A DNA stretch of 57,439 nt from a virus (lineage: Duplodnaviria > Caudoviricetes), in IMG/VR virus record IMGVR_UViG_3300046737_000215, positions 1 through 57,439 of that record. One strand, given 5' to 3'. Under the pieces are notes generated by a model. The model did not search any database. It was not told where the DNA came from and saw only the letters and a list, made by a program, of their open reading frames with translations. Shown here piece after piece: positions 1-8,588 of this stretch. The stretch's first letter is position 1. Each line of letters starts with the position of its first letter. The position numbers were made by a program, and so were the translations under genes.

Positions 1-39
1 TTTGGATGTTCTGCGCCCTTGAGCAGACTCGCAGGTTGG
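1..39. repeat. Terminal overlap, copy 1 (circularisation signature)
   Basis: Matches 57401-57439 at 38/39 positions (A27 vs T57427). Confidence 0.95.
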
Positions 40-259
40 CCCTGCAGTTATTGCTCCTGTCGCCGTCGATGTGGTCAACATCTTTGCCTTCGATTTCCAG
101 GCCCATGCAAGTGGCAACCACTCTATGTAGGGACCTAACCTTGTGTGGCCTGTCCCTGGATACGTAGCCGGTCTGTCCGATACGCCAAGAAGAGGTCGAG
201 ATTTCCTCGAAGTCCTCTGGAGATACCGTGATTACTCCGTTTCGGACGACCAGCTCCAT
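1..259 (-). CDS. HNH-AP2 endonuclease, 5' part (continues at 57400..57204 across the junction, 151 aa in total)
   Basis: ATG at 259 directly after the stop of 261..1022; reads ...LHRVV..VDHIDGDRSNNCRANLRVCSRAQNIQ, an HNH_3-type motif; not in the ORF track because it is split. Confidence 0.9.
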   Translation of the reverse strand, partial: MELVVRNGVITVSPEDFEEISTSSWRIGQTGYVSRDRPHKVRSLHRVVATCMGLEIEGKDVDHIDGDRSNNCRANLRVCSRAQNIQ

Positions 260-260
260 G

Positions 261-1022
261 TCAGCCCCCGAACTTGGCGCGAAGTGCAGCCTCTTTCAGC
301 TGCTCCTTCGTGCCCTTCAAGTAGAAGTAGCCTGGAGCGTTGGGGTTAGGCTTCCAACCTGCCTGAACGGCCAGCGCGAGTGCGTCGACCGCGGGCTCTT
401 CCGACTCCTCCTCGACTGGAGCCGGCGGGGTCTCATCATCTGAAGGCTCCGAGCCCTCAAACGTCGTGCTGATTTGGAGATTGGCGGAGAGGGGAAAGAA
501 CTCGTAAGTGACTGACTTCTGGCCCGTCTTTGGGTTCGACTTGCGAAGGCCCGTGCGCTTATCGAAGTACGGCGAGACCACCAAGAATGCCTCGGCGCCT
601 GACTGGACGAGCGGGAGCTCGCTCTTTTCGCGCGACGAGTTGGCGATGGTGTTGCCAGCGTACGAGACGTTGCGCGAGTTGGCCGAGAAGAACTCGTTGT
701 CAACGCGAAAGCCTGCCTTGTCCCTAGAAAAACCCGCGAATGCGCCGACGACCGTCGCGATGGTGCCGCGAGCCTTCTCGGCCATCCATGCCTTCGAGTA
801 GCCGGAATGCATGATGAGTTCGGCTGCCGTGCGCCCGGCGAGGGGGCCTGCTGTCACCACTAGATCTACCTGAGTACGGTCACCGCCATTTGCACCGAAG
901 TGGTCGCAAATGTCAGTTACACGGACACGGTAGACTGCTTGATTGCCATTGTTGCCGGCGGGGAGTTTGTCGCGGTTGACTCGGCTCGTATCAACGCGCC
1001 CGGATGAGAAGAAGCTGGACAT
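261..1022 (-). CDS. Hypothetical protein, possibly ssDNA-binding protein
   Basis: 253 aa, beta-rich with an acidic Pro-rich C-terminal region; lies in the helicase/nuclease cluster and has its own promoter. Confidence 0.45.
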   Translation of the reverse strand: MSSFFSSGRVDTSRVNRDKLPAGNNGNQAVYRVRVTDICDHFGANGGDRTQVDLVVTAGPLAGRTAAELIMHSGYSKAWMAEKARGTIATVVGAFAGFSRDKAGFRVDNEFFSANSRNVSYAGNTIANSSREKSELPLVQSGAEAFLVVSPYFDKRTGLRKSNPKTGQKSVTYEFFPLSANLQISTTFEGSEPSDDETPPAPVEEESEEPAVDALALAVQAGWKPNPNAPGYFYLKGTKEQLKEAALRAKFGG

Positions 1023-1067
1023 GTTTATCTCTTTGTTTTTGGAGTTAGGGGTTTCGGTGACTGTTCT

Positions 1068-1096
1068 AAGGTACCTGACGGCCTAGTGCCCGTCAA
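1068..1096 (-). promoter_or_regulatory. Sigma70-type promoter
   Basis: TTGACG-17bp-TACCTT upstream of 1022. Confidence 0.7.
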
Positions 1097-1102
1097 CATC
1101 TT

Positions 1103-1489
1103 TTATTCGAGGGTCAATATAGGCTCAACCCTTACGACGGCTCGACCGTCCGACGACAACCCTACCGCGCATGCATAGGGAGAGTCAACACCCGCGACCT
1201 TGACGAGCCCGGAGGCGTCGTCGAAGCGGAGAATCCCGCCCCACTCCAACGGCTTCGAGCCGGTCACCGCGAGCGTCAAGAAGGCGTGGTTTAGGGTATC
1301 CCACTTCGCCGACAAGAACCCGACGGGCTTGCCGGTTAGGCGGTGCTGGAGCTCGCACGCGGTCGTATCGCCCCGAGCCGAGCACTCGCCGACCGAGAGG
1401 TCGTGTACGGCCGCCGCGCATCGCACCAACGCCGCCGTAGGGTGCTCTTGGAGGAGGAAAATCACTTCGGCTAGGAGCAGGAGGTTCAT
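1103..1489 (-). CDS. Hypothetical protein
   Basis: ORF filling the gap between the helicase and the 261..1022 gene; ATG 1489 chosen to avoid overlap. Confidence 0.55.
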   Translation of the reverse strand: MNLLLLAEVIFLLQEHPTAALVRCAAAVHDLSVGECSARGDTTACELQHRLTGKPVGFLSAKWDTLNHAFLTLAVTGSKPLEWGGILRFDDASGLVKVAGVDSPYACAVGLSSDGRAVVRVEPILTLE

Positions 1490-1499
1490 CTCGTAGAGA

Positions 1500-3362
1500 C
1501 TACGCGTCGCCGTCCGAAGAGTCAACGCTTCCGACGACAGTCGACCATCTTCGGCCTTCCTCGGGTAGCCGTTCAGGCATCTCGTTCTCGAAATAGCAAA
1601 GCTTAGACGCCGAGCCGCTTAGGCGCTGGGCGAAGTTCTGGGCGAGCCCGACTTGGCGCCAAAACCTAGCCAAACAGCTCCCAGAGCCGCAGTACACGAA
1701 GTTCTCTACCTTCTCGCCGGTGAAACCTGGGCGATGTACGCGGGCTAAAGCCTGTTCTTGCGGAGCGCAAAGCCACAGCTGCCTGGAAATCCCTTTCGCC
1801 TGGAGTCCGTCGGTCCCTGTCCCGACCGCGGCCATCGACAACACCGCCGACTCGCCGTTCTTCAGACGAGTCACGTGACGCCCCGAGGCGTCGGTCTTGC
1901 CCCCGGAGAAGTACGGCAGCCCGAGGTCTTTAGACAGCCGCTCGCCGAGAGCGCGCCACGACACCCACACGTACGCGGGGCCGTCCTTGAGGAAGCGACG
2001 GACTTCCTCGACGACTTCGTCTGAAATCCACACCGGCTTAGACGGCGGCTCTCGAAGACCCGTAGCCGCCGAGTAGTCGAGCTTCGCTTGGCGCCACGCG
2101 GCTAGGGTCTCGGCATGCTCCGGGAGTATGCCGCGCTCGACGGCGTCGCGGACCATAAACTCGCTGTCTAAGTTCAACCCCGGGAGGTATTTGATGGTAT
2201 TGCGAACGGCGGACGCCCACGCACTCGACGCCTGCTTATACTCCTCTGGAGGTGCTGGGTCCTGGATTTGGTAGAAGCCGAAGGACAGCGTGTTCAACGG
2301 CCTGGCCAAAGATTGAGCGTCCGCGAGCAAAGTGCCATCGGCCAACGCCCACGCGGGCCGGTCGTTCTCTTCGTCGCCCTCCAGCAGCCGCACGTATTCT
2401 TGCTCGATGGCCTCGTCCTCGTTCTGGACGTAGTAAGGTTTTAGGTCCGCCGGTATTTGCAAGGGCCCGTCGGCGGACCCAACGACGCCTGCCGTTTCGA
2501 GGATTCGCTGCCCGATGAGCTCGCAAACCGCACCCCGGGCGTCTTCCGAAAAGTCGGCGGTTTCGTACGCGGTGCGAAGCCCAGGCGGCATGTGCGACAG
2601 CAGCGCCCCCGGGTCCGTGCGCTTGCCCTTGGACGGGCGCGGGTCCGTGGCGTCGGACCACGCCTGAAGCTCCTTCCACTCCCTTGGGAGCGGCGAGCGG
2701 TCGCGTAGGGCCCAGTACATAATGTGCGCGGCGTCTGACAGCGAGCGCCGGATAAGCGTCCCGGACATCGCCACTACGATGGTCTCTGGGTGGCCTTCTA
2801 GGTACCTCCCGACTCGTCGAGTGCCGGCGGCCGACACGTCGCCAAAGCGATGCGCCTCATCTAGTACCACCATATCGGGGCGGAGCCGTTGGATGATATC
2901 CGGGTAGATTTGCTGGCCGTCCGGGAGCGTCTTTGCCCCCGAGCCCGGGGAGGATATCTTCTCGTACGACAGCACCGAGACGTCCTCGAATGTCGGGATG
3001 CGCCAATGCTGGTGCAACCGGCGCCATGTCTCCTCGGCGTCCACGAGCATTGACGCGGGTACCACCAGCAGCGGGCGCTTCGGGCGCATAATCGCGATGG
3101 ACGCCGCCGCGATGAGCGTCTTACCGCCGCCGGTACGCACCGGGAGAACCGCACCCCGACTCTCCCACATCTCCTTGAGGGCGAGAGCTTGAGTCGGGTA
3201 CAGCGCCCCGGGCCAAGGACTGTCCGAGCGCGCCAGGAGCTTAGTCAACTCGGCGGCGAGCGCCCGAGACTCGGCGGAGTTCGGGTCGGGTACCGCGCGG
3301 CGCGGCAAATCAAATATCCGATTTAGCTCGGGTCCGTCCGAGACGCTGTGAAACACGGGCAT
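1500..3362 (-). CDS. SF2 (SNF2-like/DEAH) helicase
   Basis: Q-motif LYPTQ, Walker A RTGGGKT, VVLDEAH, motif III SGT, motif VI QALARVHRPG. Confidence 0.9.
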   Translation of the reverse strand: MPVFHSVSDGPELNRIFDLPRRAVPDPNSAESRALAAELTKLLARSDSPWPGALYPTQALALKEMWESRGAVLPVRTGGGKTLIAAASIAIMRPKRPLLVVPASMLVDAEETWRRLHQHWRIPTFEDVSVLSYEKISSPGSGAKTLPDGQQIYPDIIQRLRPDMVVLDEAHRFGDVSAAGTRRVGRYLEGHPETIVVAMSGTLIRRSLSDAAHIMYWALRDRSPLPREWKELQAWSDATDPRPSKGKRTDPGALLSHMPPGLRTAYETADFSEDARGAVCELIGQRILETAGVVGSADGPLQIPADLKPYYVQNEDEAIEQEYVRLLEGDEENDRPAWALADGTLLADAQSLARPLNTLSFGFYQIQDPAPPEEYKQASSAWASAVRNTIKYLPGLNLDSEFMVRDAVERGILPEHAETLAAWRQAKLDYSAATGLREPPSKPVWISDEVVEEVRRFLKDGPAYVWVSWRALGERLSKDLGLPYFSGGKTDASGRHVTRLKNGESAVLSMAAVGTGTDGLQAKGISRQLWLCAPQEQALARVHRPGFTGEKVENFVYCGSGSCLARFWRQVGLAQNFAQRLSGSASKLCYFENEMPERLPEEGRRWSTVVGSVDSSDGDA

Positions 3363-3403
3363 TGGTCGAACCTTATCCTATTCGTGTCTGAGATGCGAGA
3401 GAA

Positions 3404-4780
3404 TCAGCGGGGCGCGAGCAGGCGGTCGAGCTTCGCTTCGATGCGCTCCAGCGTCGTGCGCAAATCGGAGTGGTAGAAGACGCCGGGGTCGGTGGGCTGC
3501 TGGACGACGGGCGCCGCGACGAAGGACATAGGCGCCTCTTCGGCCACGAACACGTCCTGGGGCTCGGCAACGAATGCCGGCACTTCGACCACTTCGACCT
3601 TAGCCGCCTTGACCTTTTTGGCCTTCGGCGCCTTGACTGGCTTTTCGACCACGACGACGGGCTCAACGCCTTCGCCTTCGGCCGCTGCTTCCGGGGTGGC
3701 GTAGGGCGCTTTGCCGGCGGCTTCCGGGGCGTTGATGAATCCGGCTTCGACGGTAGCCGGCGCCGGGCGCGCGGGCCTACGGGCGGCTAGGTACTCGGCA
3801 ACCAGCTTCTCCGCTTCGAGTTCCTCTTCTTCGGGCGGCGCGGGCGGGGCTTCGTCTAGCTCGCCAGCAGCCTCAACGGCGGCCCAACCTTCCGGTGCGG
3901 CGGGCTCTTCGTCTGCCGGCGGCGCGGGGGGCGCTTCGTCGTCTACGGGGGGAGGCGGCGGGGCGTCGTCGGTTTCGAGGGCGAGGGCGGAGTTGCGGAT
4001 GGAGTCGAGGAAGTTGCGCATTGATAGCTCCTGGTTGTTGTCGAGGTTGAGAGGATCAGATTGAAACACGCCGCGAGCCTTAGTGCAACGTTCTGCTTGT
4101 CCGCACGGACGATTGAATGCGTTGCAATACGAGGCGCGATACGGAACGTCGTTAGCTTTCGGGCGGATAGCGTATAGCTCGTTCATCTCTTGCGCGTGGC
4201 CGTGCATGGTGGCGTAGGCCGCCTCGGTGGCCTGGCGGTCGAAGTTGCACTCGACCAACCGAGTAGTGAACGGGGCCTTCGATTGGATGTACGCCCAATG
4301 CCCGGTCACCGTCTCGGCGCCTTCGCAAAACTCCCTCGTGGCGTACAAAGTACTTTGCGGGTCAATCTTGCCGTCCGCGTCCACTAGCAGCCCACCCGAC
4401 TCCCGGAGCGCCCACTTGAGGTCGTTAGTGGTCTTAGCGTCGCCAACGATGCGATGACTGGGCGCGTCGCCTGCGCGGCGCCAGTCCGTGTAGCCCAGCC
4501 AGTTCACGCCTTGGATGTGTAGGCGGAACTCCTCTTCCGAAGCGGAGGTCTCCTTGCTGGGAAAGTGCGGATGGTCCGAGAACATCGCCAGCCACTTCTT
4601 GGTCACCGGATGCTTCGGGAACGTGCCGTTCTTGATCCACTCCTCTATTTCGGCGTGGACCTCGGTTCCGAGCGTCGTTGCGGCCGTGGACTCCTCGCGG
4701 AAGCCCTCGATGCGCTCGAACACCCATCGGCGAGGGCAGCCTAAATATGTCTTCAATGAGGACGCTGACAAGGGTTTCAT
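3404..4780 (-). CDS. PD-(D/E)XK Cas4-like exonuclease with a long acidic Pro/Ala C-terminal extension
   Basis: LSASSL..CPRRW, GTEVH, GYTD, GDAKT, QSTLY and C-terminal C-x6-C-x5-C putative Fe-S ligands. Confidence 0.85.
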   Translation of the reverse strand: MKPLSASSLKTYLGCPRRWVFERIEGFREESTAATTLGTEVHAEIEEWIKNGTFPKHPVTKKWLAMFSDHPHFPSKETSASEEEFRLHIQGVNWLGYTDWRRAGDAPSHRIVGDAKTTNDLKWALRESGGLLVDADGKIDPQSTLYATREFCEGAETVTGHWAYIQSKAPFTTRLVECNFDRQATEAAYATMHGHAQEMNELYAIRPKANDVPYRASYCNAFNRPCGQAERCTKARGVFQSDPLNLDNNQELSMRNFLDSIRNSALALETDDAPPPPPVDDEAPPAPPADEEPAAPEGWAAVEAAGELDEAPPAPPEEEELEAEKLVAEYLAARRPARPAPATVEAGFINAPEAAGKAPYATPEAAAEGEGVEPVVVVEKPVKAPKAKKVKAAKVEVVEVPAFVAEPQDVFVAEEAPMSFVAAPVVQQPTDPGVFYHSDLRTTLERIEAKLDRLLAPR

Positions 4781-4839
4781 GTGTCCCACTCTAACCTACC
4801 GGCTTGCTCGATGCCAGCGAATAGGGCTATTCTCTGCGA

Positions 4840-5892
4840 ATGCTCGTCGCTGCGCCCAAGAATCTCGGTACCTGGACTATCTCTCTCCACGACGTCGGCT
4901 CAAAAAGCGACGGGGGCATCTACACTTGTGACCTCTCGGGGCGGCTGACGTTCCGGACGCGTGCGGAGCGTCGGGCTTGGCTGAACCCGACTAAGCGGCA
5001 AGGCAACACGAAGTTCGCGCACGGCGGATTCGTCCCGGCGCTCTTTGGCGACTCTCTGGAGCGCAAAAACTGGAACGCGAGGGGCACGGACGCTTGGGTG
5101 GTGCTGGACTTCGACGGGCTGCCTACGGAGGCCGCTAGCCGCTTCGGCGCGCTGGCGCCGCTCACCGGAGAGTGGCTGACGTCTTACTCCCAAGGCATCA
5201 AACCCGGTGGTCGCATCCGGATGGTGCTAGAGCTCGACCGGGCGCTCAAGTACGACAAGTCATCCGGGGTTGACGAGGTGTCGCCTGCCCGCGCGGCGGC
5301 GTCTTATTACGTGGCGGAGCTCCTTGGGCTAGACGCCGAGGCGCTGGCCGAGAGCAACGTAATCGACCGACTTTGCTGGAGAGTCAGCCAGTACTATAAT
5401 ACGCCTTGCCACGACCCTAAGCGCCCCGGAGACACGTACTTCGCGGAGCTCAACGGTGGCCACGTGCTCTCGGTCGACGCGCTGCTCGCGAAAGGCCGCT
5501 CGCTGGTCAAAGTCTTAGCCGGGGCAACGCCGCTCAAGCCGGGCGAATACCCGGCTCCGACCCCCCGAGACCGGGAGCTGGCGCTGGAAGACCTAGAGAC
5601 CGTATGTAGCTGGCTCGAGGCTCACCGGGGCAGCGGCTTCGGCTACTCGTACGTCCACGTCAAGCGCCTCGGGGGTCGCGTCGCCCTCGGGCAGCTGGCG
5701 TTCGACGAGGCGGAGGACTGCCTGCTCTCCGCGGTCGCAGATGGGCTGGACGCTGAGGCAGAGGAGTCCTCGACGAAGCCCGACGCGGATTTGCTCGCTC
5801 GACGAGAGGCGTATGTTAGAGCATGGCTGAACGACCCGTACGTCCACTCGGGCCTAATCGCCTCAAAGCTGGAGTTCTCGCGTGAAGCTTGA
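4840..5892 (+). CDS. AEP/prim-pol-like DNA primase
   Basis: WVVLDFD acidic motif, TSYS..GRIRMVLEL, D..C..VSQYYNTP; directly upstream of a helicase. Confidence 0.7.
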   Translation: MLVAAPKNLGTWTISLHDVGSKSDGGIYTCDLSGRLTFRTRAERRAWLNPTKRQGNTKFAHGGFVPALFGDSLERKNWNARGTDAWVVLDFDGLPTEAASRFGALAPLTGEWLTSYSQGIKPGGRIRMVLELDRALKYDKSSGVDEVSPARAAASYYVAELLGLDAEALAESNVIDRLCWRVSQYYNTPCHDPKRPGDTYFAELNGGHVLSVDALLAKGRSLVKVLAGATPLKPGEYPAPTPRDRELALEDLETVCSWLEAHRGSGFGYSYVHVKRLGGRVALGQLAFDEAEDCLLSAVADGLDAEAEESSTKPDADLLARREAYVRAWLNDPYVHSGLIASKLEFSREA

Positions 5893-7924
5893 TTTCTCGC
5901 CGCCTGCGCGGCGTACGCTCAAGGTCCACCAACCGTACACCGGCACCGGCAAGTCCTACGCCGCGGCTGGGTACTTGGCGGAAGTTGCTGCGTATCCGGT
6001 TCAGGACAACGGCCAGCCGCTTCTGAAGGTCACGTACGCCGCTCCGTCTCACCGGGTGGCCTCGGATATGGAGCGCGCGCTAGCCGAGCGCGGAGTGCCT
6101 TCCGAGACGGTCGTACACCGGTGGTCCGTGCTGATGGCCCGCGAGGACCTCGACGGCACCGTCACGCCGAGTTGCCAGCGCGCTGAGGAAATCCAAATCC
6201 TCATCGAAGCCGGCACGGGGCTTCAGCCGCGAAAGGTTTGCATCTCCTGTCCGTTCCGGCAAGAGTGCCCCGCCCACGCCGCGGCTCTCCGGGACGACGT
6301 CCGGGCGAAGACCGCCGCCATTGAGATTGTCACCCACGCTGCGCTGGGCGGAGACGCCGCGGAGCAGCCGCTGATTTGCGACGAGCCGCCTGGGTACCTG
6401 GACGATGTTTCCGTGTCGAGCGAAGTGTTGTCGTGGATTCGTGGCGACCAGCCCCTTCACGGGGTGTTGGTTCACGAGCGCGAAGTTGCCCGGCAAATCG
6501 CCAGGGCTTGGCTCCGGGGCGCGGACCCGTACGCTCCGGCGGCGGGATACGCCCGCGAGGACGAGGACGGCAACCTCGTCGAGCGGGAGACCATCGGCCA
6601 GTGGTTGGCGCACCGAGATGGCTCGGCGTTCGACGTGGTCAACGGCCACGACCTCCCGCGCGGAGCGTCGGCGCAAACCTTAGCGACAATCCGGGGTGTT
6701 CGAGATGTGCTGCGTCTGGCGGCGTGGGACCTTCGCCGAGGGCACCCACGCCGCAAGGGCACGAAGGCTGTCGACGTGTCCATCCCGGCAGCGGCGATTA
6801 TGCGCCTGCGTGAGCAAGGCGGCATTCTCCTCGATGGAACGCCGTGGCTGACTGCCTTGACCGAGCTATTCGACACCCTCGAAGTGTTCCCGGCCGAGGA
6901 GCCAAACTGGGCTAGCTTGCCGGTGACTCGTCAGTGGCGCGAGTCCAACGGAGTAGCCAAAGTCCGTCTATGCCACTCGTATTGGGACGGTGCGCGGTTT
7001 AACGATGAGCCTGGTTGCCGTCGAGTCGACGACGTCTCGGTGCCCGGGGTGAACTGGCCTCTGGTTTTGAACGAGCTTCGGCGCGCGTTGTCGGAGGTCT
7101 CCGGGACGGTGTTGCTCGGGTCGTTCAAGCTGGTCGTCGATGTGCTCTCCGGGAAGATCAAGGACCACGTCGAACGCGACGGGGCGTTGGCGCCGCTCGA
7201 GAAGGTGCGCCTGAGCGCGCTGGAGGCGTGTAGGCGCCTCGTGACCGAGCGAGGCGTACAGAGCTGCTCCTTCGGCGCCGTACGGTCTAGGAACGACTGG
7301 CAGGACGTCCAGGCGGTGTTGGTGGTCGGGTCTCCGTTCATGTCCGCCCAACGCACGGCGGAGGCGCTAGGCATCGATGAGAGCGACGTCGAGGCGGCTC
7401 GGTGCGAGTACGCCCAAGGCGAGCTCATCCAAACGGCGGAACGCGGTCGGTCGGTGCGCCGAACCGAGGCGAACCCGCTGACGCTGACGATCGTTTGCGC
7501 TTCCAAGTGCCTGCCCAAGGGCTGGGGCGTCAAAACCCGGCGCACTCTCCCGACAACGGCAGACGAACGCCGCCAAGACGCCGCGCTGGCTCTCCACGTG
7601 GCCATCTCGGTGCACGGCGAGGATGGCGTTAAAGCCGCCCTAGTGCCCAACCACGGAGACCGGTCGTGGCGCAAGTGGATGGGCGGGGAGGTCGATTTGT
7701 CATCGGTGGACGGGCTGCTTGCGGAGCTTTGCAAAGGCGAGCAGAAGACGCCCATCCCGAGAGAGTACCTCCGGGAGACGCAAAACGAGTGGAGACGTCT
7801 ACTTGGCGAGGTGTCGGCTGCCGAGAGCCAGGGCGCATATCGCAAACAGCTGAACAAGTACGTAGGAAGAGGCCGACTATGGCTAATCCCGCTTTGTTTA
7901 GGTCAGTACCTGGAAAGCCTCTAA
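5882..7924 (+). CDS. Divergent SF2 helicase-like replication protein with a Cys cluster
   Basis: Walker A YTGTGKS, YAAPSH, C..CISCPFRQEC, ICDE, LLDGTP, ELIQTAERGR; GGAG SD upstream of the GTG. Confidence 0.7.
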   Translation: MKLDFSPPARRTLKVHQPYTGTGKSYAAAGYLAEVAAYPVQDNGQPLLKVTYAAPSHRVASDMERALAERGVPSETVVHRWSVLMAREDLDGTVTPSCQRAEEIQILIEAGTGLQPRKVCISCPFRQECPAHAAALRDDVRAKTAAIEIVTHAALGGDAAEQPLICDEPPGYLDDVSVSSEVLSWIRGDQPLHGVLVHEREVARQIARAWLRGADPYAPAAGYAREDEDGNLVERETIGQWLAHRDGSAFDVVNGHDLPRGASAQTLATIRGVRDVLRLAAWDLRRGHPRRKGTKAVDVSIPAAAIMRLREQGGILLDGTPWLTALTELFDTLEVFPAEEPNWASLPVTRQWRESNGVAKVRLCHSYWDGARFNDEPGCRRVDDVSVPGVNWPLVLNELRRALSEVSGTVLLGSFKLVVDVLSGKIKDHVERDGALAPLEKVRLSALEACRRLVTERGVQSCSFGAVRSRNDWQDVQAVLVVGSPFMSAQRTAEALGIDESDVEAARCEYAQGELIQTAERGRSVRRTEANPLTLTIVCASKCLPKGWGVKTRRTLPTTADERRQDAALALHVAISVHGEDGVKAALVPNHGDRSWRKWMGGEVDLSSVDGLLAELCKGEQKTPIPREYLRETQNEWRRLLGEVSAAESQGAYRKQLNKYVGRGRLWLIPLCLGQYLESL

Positions 7925-8074
7925 GCCCGAATCCGTGAGTTTCCTCCGGTGTGCGTAGGGGCACTTCTGTTGAGGCGATTCGAGCGATTCCAGCTACTTA
8001 GCGAGTCGGCGTCCATCCGGTAAATCCCGAATAGCCGAATGAAAACACTAGGCGGTCTGCGCTTTCTCACACAG

Positions 8075-8123
8075 CGGAACGAGTGCCAATAGAGATATCT
8101 CAGACTCTCTGGCACTCGTTCCG
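8075..8123. repeat. Stem-loop element, copy 1 (14-bp arms, 21-nt spacer)
   Basis: CGGAACGAGTGCCA-N21-TGGCACTCGTTCCG; 46/49 identical to 37575-37623. Confidence 0.95.
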
Positions 8124-8247
8124 ACCTTTGAGATAACTCACACCTCCGGATAGGCGGCTACCGGCGGTCGCTGAGCGAGACTCGGGATGGGCGAGCTTCG
8201 GCGCTTCGGGATTGACGCCCTTCGCCAAACACGATAAAAAGTTACTT

Positions 8248-8580
8248 ATGAACTGCCTGCCGCCCCCCGCCCTCGAAACCGCCCTCTGCCACGTCGCCCA
8301 TCCGGGAGATTGCGAGTGCACCCTCTGCCTGCCTACGCGCCGCCTAATCGCCGCCTGGCCCGTCCACGGGACGTTCTGCGGCTGCGAGCATTGCCTTCGA
8401 GCGAAGGTCGCCCGCATCGACGCCTTCGCCGAGGGCTTGCTGGCCGGCCTCGCCGCCGCCCCAGAGACCGTAGAAGGCCCGCAAAGGGTCGGGGCGCCAG
8501 TCAGCTACCCCCAAGACGTTTTCGGGGCTTCTAGCAGCCCTACGCGCCGCCCGCCGCCCCCTCTGCCGTCCAGGCGCTAG
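8248..8580 (+). CDS. Small putative zinc-binding protein
   Basis: Two H-x3-C-x-C-x2-C motifs (HPGDCECTLC, HGTFCGCEHC); TTGACG-17-TAAAAA upstream at 8212. Confidence 0.65.
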   Translation: MNCLPPPALETALCHVAHPGDCECTLCLPTRRLIAAWPVHGTFCGCEHCLRAKVARIDAFAEGLLAGLAAAPETVEGPQRVGAPVSYPQDVFGASSSPTRRPPPPLPSRR

Positions 8581-8588
8581 AGGTAGCC

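Noticed and set aside
1-39. Biological direct terminal repeat
   Set aside because: It falls in the middle of a gene, which fits an assembly overlap better
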